Made by a program: the position numbers and the translations under genes. The notes beneath the pieces are model-generated. The model was not told the origin of the DNA, made no database searches, and saw only the letters and a list, made by a program, of their open reading frames with translations. Of a DNA stretch of 64,000 nucleotides, positions 1 to 10,025 are shown piece after piece. How positions within the stretch are numbered: position 1 is the stretch's first letter; each line of letters starts with the position of its first letter. Source of the stretch: a virus; the IMG/VR virus record IMGVR_UViG_3300045988_076381; one strand, given 5' to 3'.

Positions 1-3000
1 TTGTGGGGTTTGAATATCTCTATCTATATAATACTGCCCCTCAGGATTTCTTGCTTCGTAAAAATATTCTCCTCCAGTATAATCGGTTTTCTTATCTGTT
101 AATTCATAAACTGGAAATGGAAAAATTCCATTTTTAAATAAAGGATTATAATTAGGAGCTTCTACAGAATTAATACTTCCATCAGGCTGTTTATAATTTC
201 TTCTTCCCAACATAGCAAATTCCATAAAATCAATTATATCTAAATCAGTAATTCCATCTTCTTTATTCCAATCCTGAAATATTCCACCATTCTCTTCATT
301 TATAATTGGAGAAGAAACTAATAATTCAGGATGTAACCTTTGATTTATCTTAAACTCTATAATTTTATTTATAAATTTAAGTACATCATTTCCGTTAATA
401 GTAGAAGAATAATTTTCCATCTTTTTTATCTCTTCTGGAGTAGTTTCCATATGTAACCTCTCCATTATTCTTAGGATATGAGGTAATCCAAATTTAACTT
501 TAGAACCAGGAAGATCAAATGGATTTTCCGCATTTCCTTCTTTGGCAGCAAGTGCTGATAGAGAATTAAGTAACTTTTCAGCAATTTTTATGTGCTTAGA
601 TTCCGGCTTTCCAGTAGTTTTTAGGTAATTATAATAATTATATATAGATAGTAATGTATCAAATCCTATAAAATCTCCAAAGTAAGATTTATAAAATTTA
701 CCATTATATTTAGCTACTCCAGAATTCTTTTTATATGAATTTATAAATTCTCTATATTTAGATATAAAGGATTGGAATGTTTGTCCTTCCGGATTTAAAA
801 TGATCATTCTAATTTTATCTCTTCTATCTAGATCATTATCATATTTTCCATTCATTTGGTCTATGTAATAATCTCCATACTGATCTTCTGAGATAATATT
901 ATCATCCTCATCAAATATATATTTACTATGTGTAGCAAATACTACTGCTTTGCCTTTGATATTATTCTTATTTATTTCAGCATTTAATCTCTCAGATTTA
1001 GATTTTAATATAGGTTCTAATCTAGATTTTTGAGTAGTATCTGCTTTATTATATTCCTCTAAAGTTTCATAATAATCATTATATAGAGTATTTAATCTCT
1101 CGTTACGTTGAATTAATAACTCATTCCGATTAGATTTACCGTATCTAGTATTAGTTACTATATAAGGTTTGGAGAAGTAAATTCCTCTAAATTCAGATTC
1201 TTTAGATTCAAATGGAACATGTGCAAATTTTTTCTTATCTGATCCTTTATATATAATACTATTAGTAATTCGTTCTAATTCGAAATCATCTCTAAGCTGG
1301 AAATATTTATTAGATTTTCCACTTTCATCCAAAATGAAACTATTCATTATTTGTCCATAGAATTTTTGATATTCTACAAACCATGCTTTAGAAGCTCTTT
1401 GTTCTGGAGTATCAGAATCTTTAATTCTAAAAGATTCATTATTAATATTTGGTAATTCTACTATATAAAGCTCTACAGTATTCTCTTCTGTAGAAGAATT
1501 TAATATAGGAATTTCATATATAATTCTAATAACAGAATCTTCTTTTCCTATAGATTTATTAAAATATTTAGTTGCTTTTAATACAAACTTCCCGTTAGAT
1601 AAATCTAATGTTCCAGTATTTCCAGATATGTCATTATATAAATTAGATAAATCTTGTTCAATATTATAATCTTTAAATAATTTATTTCTTCTGGATTTTG
1701 TGTAATTATATAATATACTCTTTACTTCTAATATCTTTTCATCAACTCTTTCGAATTGTGTAGGATTTAAGCCATCAATTTCTCCATTAAAGAATGCTCT
1801 ATGTTCACTATTTGAATCTAATCTTAGCATTATAGCGGAATCTTTAATGCTATAAGTAGTTATATCACCATTAATTTCTGCTTTAGGTTTAATTCTTGTT
1901 CTATAAGAATAACATATAAAACTATCAGGAGAATGTTTCTCTGTTTTAGATTCTATTCTTTCTAATTGTTGAATTTCTCTATTAGCTTCTGGAGAATCAC
2001 TAAATGCAGCATCTAAAACTTTTCCTAATTCTACATTAGGTTGGGGTGTTGAGACTGATGTAGTAGAAGATTCTTTCTTTTGAGGTTCTATAGTTTTATT
2101 CTCTAACGAAGCATTAAGAGCTTTCAATCTTAATTCTGAGAAAGATTTAGCAGCTTCATTATTTAATATAGAGGATTGTGTATAACTAATTCTTTCAGAT
2201 CCTTTAGTAAGTTTAGTAGTTAACCCATTATTTATAATAATAGTACCTTCTTTAGATCTAGTTATAGCAGTATATAAATCTCTAGTAGCTTTTTCTACAA
2301 ATTCTCCATGAGATCCGAAATTAAATTTCTTATCTACTATAAAGTATTTAGCTTCTGAACCTTGTACTTCTTCAAGTTTAAATTTCCTTATTTTTCCAGG
2401 ATTCTTTTTTATATAAGTATCTATTAGCTTATATGTATCAGAATTTACATCATCATATATAAATCCTATCGGCTCTTCTGAGTCATGAACTAATTTATCT
2501 AAATCAAAAGTAGAAATAGATCCAACAATTTTATCTCCAGAGAGTTTTACGTCGTCTTCATAATATTTTAGACTAGGTACGTTCTCATAGTTAGATAACG
2601 CTATTTTTATTCCCTCTTCTAAATTAAATTCTCCTGTAGTATAGTAATTATCTACATTTCTAACTCTATCAGTTAATACTCTTAAAGAATCTAAGTTATC
2701 TTTTTTATGGATATTAGTAATTCTTAAAGATGTAGCTAAAGTAGGTGTGTATATTAAATTAGTATCTACATCTATCCCTAAATACGCTCCATCACTTCCA
2801 GCATAACCAGATTGTAATAAATCACCGGAAGTAATTAATATCTTATCATTTTGTTGAGCCCATGAAGATAATAATTCTAATTCAAATTTAGATAATTGTG
2901 TAACTTCATCGATAAATATCAATCTTTGATCTTGAAATATCCCAGATTTAAAATTAGAAGGAGTTAGATATTTAGGATTTATTCTAACAACTAATTCCTT

Positions 3001-6000
3001 GTCTTGAGTTTCTAGTATATCTATAACCCTCTCATTCTCCGGAATAGTTTTAGATTGAGGATCATTAAACTGTTTCTTGGCCTTTTCTATTATTTCTGGA
3101 GATACTAAAATAGAATTTAATAACATATCAGCGGTAATTGCTGTTAGTTTTTTATTCTTAATAGTATCATTTATAGTGTTCAATCCTTCCGTTTCAGAAT
3201 AAGATTTTCCAGTAATCGAATTTAATAGATTAACTGTTTGTTGCATCTTAGGTCCAGATATAACAGCACCTTGTTCTCCTAATAATTTATTAGCTAATTT
3301 AAATACTAAAGAATCAACACCAGTAGTCTTACCTACTCCTGGTGCTCCATTTATAAATACTGTATTTTGTAGTCTAGATATATAATTCTTATATTTATCT
3401 CTAAGTGCTGGATTTGTAATACTATTCTCAAACTCCTTAGTTAACTCGGTAGAGTTGTTCATGAAGTTTATATCTATAATACAAGCTAACGCAATCCTTG
3501 CAGCATATTCTTGAGAAAATATAGGAATTATAAGTTGTTTATCTGATCCCAAGGATTCATTCACTATATCTCTTAATGCATTATTAAATGTAGATGCTTT
3601 TGTGGTTAATATAGTATGATAATAGATAAATAAATCGGAGGGAGACATCTCAGTTATTTCAGAATTTAAAGAAGCTGGATTATTATAAGCTTCTTTCATT
3701 AATTTAGAATAATCATAATTCTGAAATAATTTAGATATTAAATGTTCTTTAGATACTGTATTATTCTTAGATAATTTAGTAGCATTATCATAAATTCTAT
3801 CTTCTACTTCTAAAATAAGTTTCTCCAATGAAATATATTCTTCATCAGTTAAATCCGAATTATTTAAACTATCTAAATTATAATTAGATAATATATCATC
3901 CACTCCTTCAAATAATTCGGGAGCTTTATTTCTAAATAATTTATCCTGATAATTCTTTATGAGAGCTTGTCTAGTTTTTATAGCTGTAAGCTTATGCTCT
4001 TTAAGTTTATTACCTTTATTTTGTTCAGATAATTTTTTATAGAATCCCAATTTATTCTTTATCCTTTCTAATTCTTGTATAACTTCAAATGCGGAATTAG
4101 ATTCTATTTCTGGAAGCTTTTCTGATACTCCTAATTTTTCTCTTACATAATTTAAAGTAGAATTAAATCCATATCCTCCATTTTCAATAGTAGAAGATTG
4201 CATCGAAGATACTACTGATTGCAATGCGTTAATCACATTTATTGCAGTATCAAGTTGTTCTAATTTAACCTTTCCTTGCAAAACATAATCAGAAAGTGTA
4301 TTAGTAGATTTTAATAAATCACTTTCATTTGATAATAATTCAAAGATATTAATATTTCCAGCAGATTCATCTACATTTAAATATATCTCAGATAATAAAG
4401 TATTTAAAGGATTCTCTACTAACTGAGAAGGATCTATTGAAGCTTCTGATAAAATATTTATTTCTGATAAAGATGATTTTGTTTTAGATTTATTTGAATC
4501 ATTTATACTTTCTATAATGATCCTTTTCTCTACATCATTTAAATTAGAATTTTTTAATAGGCTTGCTATTTCAAACCAATCTTTTACATTTTTTAACTCT
4601 TCTGATATTTGTATTACCTCTTCTAAATTATTAACTCCAATTTCTTCAAATCCTTCTTTTAAAGCAGCTTGAAAATCCGGAGATTGGGATTTTATATTTT
4701 GTAAATCATAATTAACTAATTCCCCAAGACTCTCATCTACATAAGATAAAAGATTAGATACATAAGAAGAGTAATCTAATTCTACCTTATTATCTGATTT
4801 TAGATATGTCTTTATATAAGAATATAAATCCTTAGTTAATTCTATTCCCTCATTTCTAGCACTTTCAATTAAATTCATCATTGATCTAGTCCTAAGTTGG
4901 GGAATTAGATTAAACTGTAATAATCCAGATAAATTAATAAGAATCTTTCTAATATTAGATATTACTTCTTCTGAAGAGTTTAAATTAGGAAGATTTAAAT
5001 TATTTTGTATATAAGATTTAACTATAGAATTAGAAATGTTCTTATTTAAAAATTCTTCTATAGATTCTCTTATTACGAAATTTTTATCTAAAGTAGGATC
5101 TGAGTTTAATTTATTGTTAATAGAATTAGATAAGGTATCTATTTTCTGATCTATATTAAATATTGTATCAAATATATTAGATATAAATTCTCCAGAATTC
5201 TTATATGTAGAGAAAATACTACCTACATCAATTCCAGATCCATCCTGATTTATTGAATTAAAGAAGTTTTTAATTATATTCTGAGTATTTATATCAGATA
5301 AATCCGTATTTCTATATTCAAATATATAATCAATCCCTCTTTCTACAGGAACCCCTAATTCAAGTCCTAATTTTCTTGCTAAATCAAAATTACGTTTTGC
5401 ATCTTCATCAAGATTAAGTAAGGCCTCTTCATCTATTCCTGATAGATATCCTTTTATTTTATTTAATAACGGTAACTTAGATACTATATTTATAATATTA
5501 TCACCATATTTCTGTGATAATGACGTAAATATTTTATACGCTTTATCTAATTTCTCGTTATTATCTTCTCTATAAGCTTTATATCTAGATTTAATTTCCT
5601 CTCTTTCGGATTCTGATAAAGATCCGTACGGTTTGCCAAGAATATTTTCTGTATATGTATATATATCAGAAGAATAAATTTTATTAGATATTTCGCTTAT
5701 ATTAAATAAAGCTCTTTTTAAATACTCTTCGGATTTTCCTCCTCGTAATAGTATATCCTTCTCTGTTCTTTTTTGTTGAAGTTCTTCATTTATTATATTT
5801 AATCTACTCTCCAACTCTGTTTTATTCGGAATTTCTTTATTAGGAGCATTTAATCGATTCTCTATATCTTTCTTTTCTAGGAGTAGATTTCCTATTTCTT
5901 TTCCTAATTGATTATAATCTCTAATAATATCTAATCTTCCATCAAATTTAATAAGATCTTCTACTCTCCTATCCCTTAATGCTGATAAAGATATTAATTC

Positions 6001-8148
6001 TTCATCACTAAGGCGTAGATTTTCTTCATTAATAATAGCATCCCACTGATTTATTAACTGTAATGATAGGTCTATTACAGCATCATTTTGGGAAATATCT
6101 CCAGATTCTACAGGAGAGTAATTTATATTCTCTCCTTCTATTGTTCTATTAGTAGCAGAAAGATTTTTTGGAGCTACACCTTGTTGTCTTAATCTCTCTA
6201 ATTCTGAGATTAATTTAGATTTACCTCCATTTCGTAATATGTAAAAGATATTATCAGTAGCTTGTTCCGGAACTCTTTTATTTATATCAGATAAATTATT
6301 AGCAGCTTTAAATATAGCCCCACCAATAGCACCCCCAAATCCAGCCATTAGATATCTTTCCAATGGATTAGAGGATAAGAAATCAAAAGAAGCATCTTTT
6401 TGTGTACCAGAAATTCCTGTGAATACATCTGTAATAGCTTTAGACATATCCATAATAGCTTCTTCTGACATTTCCTCAATTCCCTCAGCTACAGCATTAC
6501 TAGCTATTCCAGAACCTGAGATAATATTATTTATAGGTTCCTTTACTTTTTTAAATGTATTTATAGCTTTCTTTAATACAGAATTAAATGTAGCTTTATC
6601 TTTTGTATTATTTGCAGTATAATGTAATAATTCTCTATTTTCTTCAATAAATTTCTTTCCAGCATTTCTTATAGCGGCCCTTTCACTGTCAAACCCCAAA
6701 CCTTCTAAAGCTTTCTGTCCTATCTCTGTAGATTGTATCATCCAAGTGGTAGCACCCATAGCTAATCCAGCAGTTAGAGCTGCGGTTCTTCTATCATATC
6801 CAGCATCTAGAGCATCATTATATACATCCAAGGTAGAGGTTCCTGACATATAAAAATTAGCCATGAATCTACCTAAGAAATTATTTCTTATATTCGCTTT
6901 ATTTATAGCATTTATAACTGCTGGATCTGAGTTAATGATAGTATTATATAATCCTCTATTTTGAATTATACTACCGTCAGAGATAGCTTTTACTACCTCA
7001 TCTCCATATTTAGCTTTTATAGCTTTTAAAGCAGCTCTTTCAGAGTTTCCTATACCAAGCCAATTAGGGATTTGGGCTAATAATCTCTGTTGGAATAATT
7101 GGGAGCCTATATCAGATACTAACCTTCCAAAATTTTCAAAGGTTAATAATTTCTCTTGAGACTTATCCGATACACTAGTATTAAATTGGTTTGCTTTAGC
7201 TTCTATAGTATTTAATATCCCAAAATTAGGATTTGGATTATTATTAATAGCTCCATCCAGCATTTTATATAAAGTAATCCCTAACTTAGTACCTTCTCTA
7301 AGAACTAAAGCTCCAGCGTATGCTTGACCTACATAGGGGATAAATAGAGGAGCTATACTAGCTACAGTTTGTGCTATAGTAGACCCAATACTTGATTCTT
7401 CTCCATCATTATCAAAAAAATCAAATTTATTCCATGTAGAATTTTCTCTAGTAATTACATCAAATGCACTTAATACCTGTTTACCATGAACTTCTCGATT
7501 CCCAAGAGTTTCATAATAAGGCATTCCAGTCTCATCTAGTTTTATCTCTCCTTTTTTATGTTGTATTAATCTCCCAGTTTCTGGATCAGTCTCTTGAACA
7601 TCTTTATCATACTGAGCCAGAACTATAGGAGTTTTAGTTACTGTTCCCCAAAATCCTAGATCCTCTGGAGTTAAATCCATCCATCTGTTATTCTCGGTAT
7701 CGAAGATTTTATTTTGTTGAGCCATTTCTCTAGTAGACATACTAGTCATTTCTGTACCTAGTATAGTATTTAATCCAGTACTCTGAATAAAGGGATTTTT
7801 AGTCTTTATTATATCTAAGGAAATGTCTTGTACAGGAGAAAGTTGGGATTTAAAAGGAGACATTATATCATACTGCACCTTAGGAAGATCTTCTTCTGTG
7901 AATTGTCCTATAGATAATGTATTATATGAAGATAATGCTTTATTATAAAATGTATTAAATGCGTTATCATCAAACTTTCCATCTGGCGAAGTAAATGCTT
8001 GAATGATCTTTTCATTTTGTTTATATTCATCCTTTGACTTCAATTCTATATCATTAGGAGTAATTCCATTTTGTAAGAAGTCTATATAAGTTTTATCTTG
8101 GTTTGAGTAATATAACCCAAACCAATCTTTTTTCTCTAAATTATCCAT
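1..8148 (-). CDS. giant virion/ejection-type protein (>2716 aa, 3' end lies beyond the window start) with an embedded SF1 helicase-like P-loop NTPase module
   Basis: The ATG at 8148..8146 translates as MDNLEKKDWFGLYYSN. No stop occurs down to base 1. The ORF track lists only terminated ORFs, which explains why it shows nothing on the minus strand here. I checked these motifs as in frame: Walker A INGAPGVGKTTGV (3325..3348), Walker B RLIFIDEVTQL (2902..2922), motif-VI-like TAITRSKEGTIII (2245..2271). Glycine-zipper hydrophobic segments occur near the N-terminal third. Confidence 0.8.
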   Translation of the reverse strand, partial: MDNLEKKDWFGLYYSNQDKTYIDFLQNGITPNDIELKSKDEYKQNEKIIQAFTSPDGKFDDNAFNTFYNKALSSYNTLSIGQFTEEDLPKVQYDIMSPFKSQLSPVQDISLDIIKTKNPFIQSTGLNTILGTEMTSMSTREMAQQNKIFDTENNRWMDLTPEDLGFWGTVTKTPIVLAQYDKDVQETDPETGRLIQHKKGEIKLDETGMPYYETLGNREVHGKQVLSAFDVITRENSTWNKFDFFDNDGEESSIGSTIAQTVASIAPLFIPYVGQAYAGALVLREGTKLGITLYKMLDGAINNNPNPNFGILNTIEAKANQFNTSVSDKSQEKLLTFENFGRLVSDIGSQLFQQRLLAQIPNWLGIGNSERAALKAIKAKYGDEVVKAISDGSIIQNRGLYNTIINSDPAVINAINKANIRNNFLGRFMANFYMSGTSTLDVYNDALDAGYDRRTAALTAGLAMGATTWMIQSTEIGQKALEGLGFDSERAAIRNAGKKFIEENRELLHYTANNTKDKATFNSVLKKAINTFKKVKEPINNIISGSGIASNAVAEGIEEMSEEAIMDMSKAITDVFTGISGTQKDASFDFLSSNPLERYLMAGFGGAIGGAIFKAANNLSDINKRVPEQATDNIFYILRNGGKSKLISELERLRQQGVAPKNLSATNRTIEGENINYSPVESGDISQNDAVIDLSLQLINQWDAIINEENLRLSDEELISLSALRDRRVEDLIKFDGRLDIIRDYNQLGKEIGNLLLEKKDIENRLNAPNKEIPNKTELESRLNIINEELQQKRTEKDILLRGGKSEEYLKRALFNISEISNKIYSSDIYTYTENILGKPYGSLSESEREEIKSRYKAYREDNNEKLDKAYKIFTSLSQKYGDNIINIVSKLPLLNKIKGYLSGIDEEALLNLDEDAKRNFDLARKLGLELGVPVERGIDYIFEYRNTDLSDINTQNIIKNFFNSINQDGSGIDVGSIFSTYKNSGEFISNIFDTIFNIDQKIDTLSNSINNKLNSDPTLDKNFVIRESIEEFLNKNISNSIVKSYIQNNLNLPNLNSSEEVISNIRKILINLSGLLQFNLIPQLRTRSMMNLIESARNEGIELTKDLYSYIKTYLKSDNKVELDYSSYVSNLLSYVDESLGELVNYDLQNIKSQSPDFQAALKEGFEEIGVNNLEEVIQISEELKNVKDWFEIASLLKNSNLNDVEKRIIIESINDSNKSKTKSSLSEINILSEASIDPSQLVENPLNTLLSEIYLNVDESAGNINIFELLSNESDLLKSTNTLSDYVLQGKVKLEQLDTAINVINALQSVVSSMQSSTIENGGYGFNSTLNYVREKLGVSEKLPEIESNSAFEVIQELERIKNKLGFYKKLSEQNKGNKLKEHKLTAIKTRQALIKNYQDKLFRNKAPELFEGVDDILSNYNLDSLNNSDLTDEEYISLEKLILEVEDRIYDNATKLSKNNTVSKEHLISKLFQNYDYSKLMKEAYNNPASLNSEITEMSPSDLFIYYHTILTTKASTFNNALRDIVNESLGSDKQLIIPIFSQEYAARIALACIIDINFMNNSTELTKEFENSITNPALRDKYKNYISRLQNTVFINGAPGVGKTTGVDSLVFKLANKLLGEQGAVISGPKMQQTVNLLNSITGKSYSETEGLNTINDTIKNKKLTAITADMLLNSILVSPEIIEKAKKQFNDPQSKTIPENERVIDILETQDKELVVRINPKYLTPSNFKSGIFQDQRLIFIDEVTQLSKFELELLSSWAQQNDKILITSGDLLQSGYAGSDGAYLGIDVDTNLIYTPTLATSLRITNIHKKDNLDSLRVLTDRVRNVDNYYTTGEFNLEEGIKIALSNYENVPSLKYYEDDVKLSGDKIVGSISTFDLDKLVHDSEEPIGFIYDDVNSDTYKLIDTYIKKNPGKIRKFKLEEVQGSEAKYFIVDKKFNFGSHGEFVEKATRDLYTAITRSKEGTIIINNGLTTKLTKGSERISYTQSSILNNEAAKSFSELRLKALNASLENKTIEPQKKESSTTSVSTPQPNVELGKVLDAAFSDSPEANREIQQLERIESKTEKHSPDSFICYSYRTRIKPKAEINGDITTYSIKDSAIMLRLDSNSEHRAFFNGEIDGLNPTQFERVDEKILEVKSILYNYTKSRRNKLFKDYNIEQDLSNLYNDISGNTGTLDLSNGKFVLKATKYFNKSIGKEDSVIRIIYEIPILNSSTEENTVELYIVELPNINNESFRIKDSDTPEQRASKAWFVEYQKFYGQIMNSFILDESGKSNKYFQLRDDFELERITNSIIYKGSDKKKFAHVPFESKESEFRGIYFSKPYIVTNTRYGKSNRNELLIQRNERLNTLYNDYYETLEEYNKADTTQKSRLEPILKSKSERLNAEINKNNIKGKAVVFATHSKYIFDEDDNIISEDQYGDYYIDQMNGKYDNDLDRRDKIRMIILNPEGQTFQSFISKYREFINSYKKNSGVAKYNGKFYKSYFGDFIGFDTLLSIYNYYNYLKTTGKPESKHIKIAEKLLNSLSALAAKEGNAENPFDLPGSKVKFGLPHILRIMERLHMETTPEEIKKMENYSSTINGNDVLKFINKIIEFKINQRLHPELLVSSPIINEENGGIFQDWNKEDGITDLDIIDFMEFAMLGRRNYKQPDGSINSVEAPNYNPLFKNGIFPFPVYELTDKKTDYTGGEYFYEARNPEGQYYIDRDIQTPQ

Positions 8149-8149
8149 A

Positions 8150-10024
8150 TTATTTAAATGCCTCTGGATTTAATCCTCCAGTTCTTTGTGTAATTTGATT
8201 AGTATTTCTTATTACATTCTCGTAACCTAAATTAGATTTAGCTGTTTGTGGAGCTGTTTTTCCTGTGAATAAGATTGACATTAATTCATCTTGTACAGGT
8301 AAGAATATAGAGGATTTATAAATATCATCGTCAGAAAGAAGCCAGTATTCTGGAGGTACATAACCATTAGCTCTTAATAATTTATTTTCTAAATTTGATC
8401 TAACTCTAGAATACATATCCCTAGCTTTATCCTCCAAATCATTACTTAATCTCTTAGTAACTTTATTTAATTGTGTCTCCTCTGCTACTTCTTCTGGGAT
8501 TAGAGATGGGATAACCATAAATTGATGCATATAAGATAATTGACTTTGTGCAGGTTCTCCATTTCTAAGTATCAAATGATCAACATTATGCGCTCTATAA
8601 ATATTTAATTTCTGATCTTCTGTAACAGTTGGACCTATAGCAGAAATTTCATTATCAGCATCCTCTAAACGTTTTAACGCATTTAAATCTACTACTTTAG
8701 ATCCTGTTTTGGGATCGGTTACATAGGGCAACCATGTCATTGCTATTCTATCCCCTTCATATAGCACTTTACTTAAATCATTAGGATTTAAAGTAATTCC
8801 AGTTCCAACAGAAGCTCCAGAAATATCTACTAAAGAACCTAATCCCCCATCTGTGATTATATCAGATAAGTAATTCTCATTTAATACTTCTCCTTTAGAT
8901 CCTATTAGGGGTCGTATACTAGCCTTAGCATCAAAAGAATATTTATTTCCTACATTTATAGTATATTTTTGATTTTTGGGATCAGATACATAACTCATTA
9001 AAGGATTGATATCAGTCATTCCTCCCGAACCTCCTGATCCACTTCCAGATTTACCTTCTATAGCTTCATCTTTTAAAGATTGAGAGTAGGAATGATCTGT
9101 TCCGAATATAAGAATATTCTTAATACTCTCTATTGCATTTTCTCTAGGATCTCCAGTATTATTAATAGCAGCTCTTGCTATTAAAGTGTTTCTAGATTGT
9201 TGATCTAAGTTATTCCATATATAATTTAACGCAAGATTAGCATTCTTCCTTTGTGTAGCAACTTCCTCAGTTAATTTAAAAGTTCCATCAGGAGCGGTAT
9301 TTAACTTCTCACTTACAATAGCTTGTAATCCTTTTTCTAATTGATTAGCTCTAGCTTTATCAAAGTAATAATCAGAAGATTGTTTTTCTACTCCTATAGA
9401 TTTAACAATATCCTCTATTCTTTTACTTATATCATTTATATTTAAGCTTCCAGCAACAGTTTGTGATAAACTATTATCAAATATATAAGCTCTACTATTA
9501 TTTCTTAAAGTTAAAAGATCATTATTAGTTAGTATCCTATATCCTTCTCTATCTTCTGAATACTGATCTGGAGTAATCATTACAAGTTCTCCATTAGTAT
9601 TTTGTGCAAATAAATTCCCGGAATAATCAACTGCTGCTTCTGAAAGTGTTCCTTTAGATAAAGCATGTTCTTTTGCTTGATCAAATATCTGTTTATTATT
9701 CTGAATCTCGTTTAATCTAGATACTAATCCTGTATATTGTCTAACGCTGATAGGTTGTCCTAAAAGATCTGTATCAGCAAAGATATTACCAACTTGTTCC
9801 GCGAAATAATTAACTTCATTAGTTAATCCTTTACCAACCATTTGACCTATAATATCTTTCAACTGTTTCTGAGAATTATCAATCTTAGTATCACCAGATT
9901 TAGCAGAAGAATTAGCTACGGCTGATGTCCCTTCTTCTCTTCCAATAGGTTGAAAGAAAGGAGAATACCCAACCCACGGGGCCAGTTGTCCTCCTTCTTG
10001 AAATTTTTTAATATTTAACTTCAT
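8150..10024 (-). CDS. virion internal/ejection-type protein, function unknown (624 aa)
   Basis: Long ORF packed tightly between its neighbours. The N-terminus MKLNIKKFQEGG carries the recurrent aromatic-x-x-GG motif. It contains an internal GSGSGGSGG linker. Confidence 0.6.
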   Translation of the reverse strand: MKLNIKKFQEGGQLAPWVGYSPFFQPIGREEGTSAVANSSAKSGDTKIDNSQKQLKDIIGQMVGKGLTNEVNYFAEQVGNIFADTDLLGQPISVRQYTGLVSRLNEIQNNKQIFDQAKEHALSKGTLSEAAVDYSGNLFAQNTNGELVMITPDQYSEDREGYRILTNNDLLTLRNNSRAYIFDNSLSQTVAGSLNINDISKRIEDIVKSIGVEKQSSDYYFDKARANQLEKGLQAIVSEKLNTAPDGTFKLTEEVATQRKNANLALNYIWNNLDQQSRNTLIARAAINNTGDPRENAIESIKNILIFGTDHSYSQSLKDEAIEGKSGSGSGGSGGMTDINPLMSYVSDPKNQKYTINVGNKYSFDAKASIRPLIGSKGEVLNENYLSDIITDGGLGSLVDISGASVGTGITLNPNDLSKVLYEGDRIAMTWLPYVTDPKTGSKVVDLNALKRLEDADNEISAIGPTVTEDQKLNIYRAHNVDHLILRNGEPAQSQLSYMHQFMVIPSLIPEEVAEETQLNKVTKRLSNDLEDKARDMYSRVRSNLENKLLRANGYVPPEYWLLSDDDIYKSSIFLPVQDELMSILFTGKTAPQTAKSNLGYENVIRNTNQITQRTGGLNPEAFK

Positions 10025-10025
10025 A

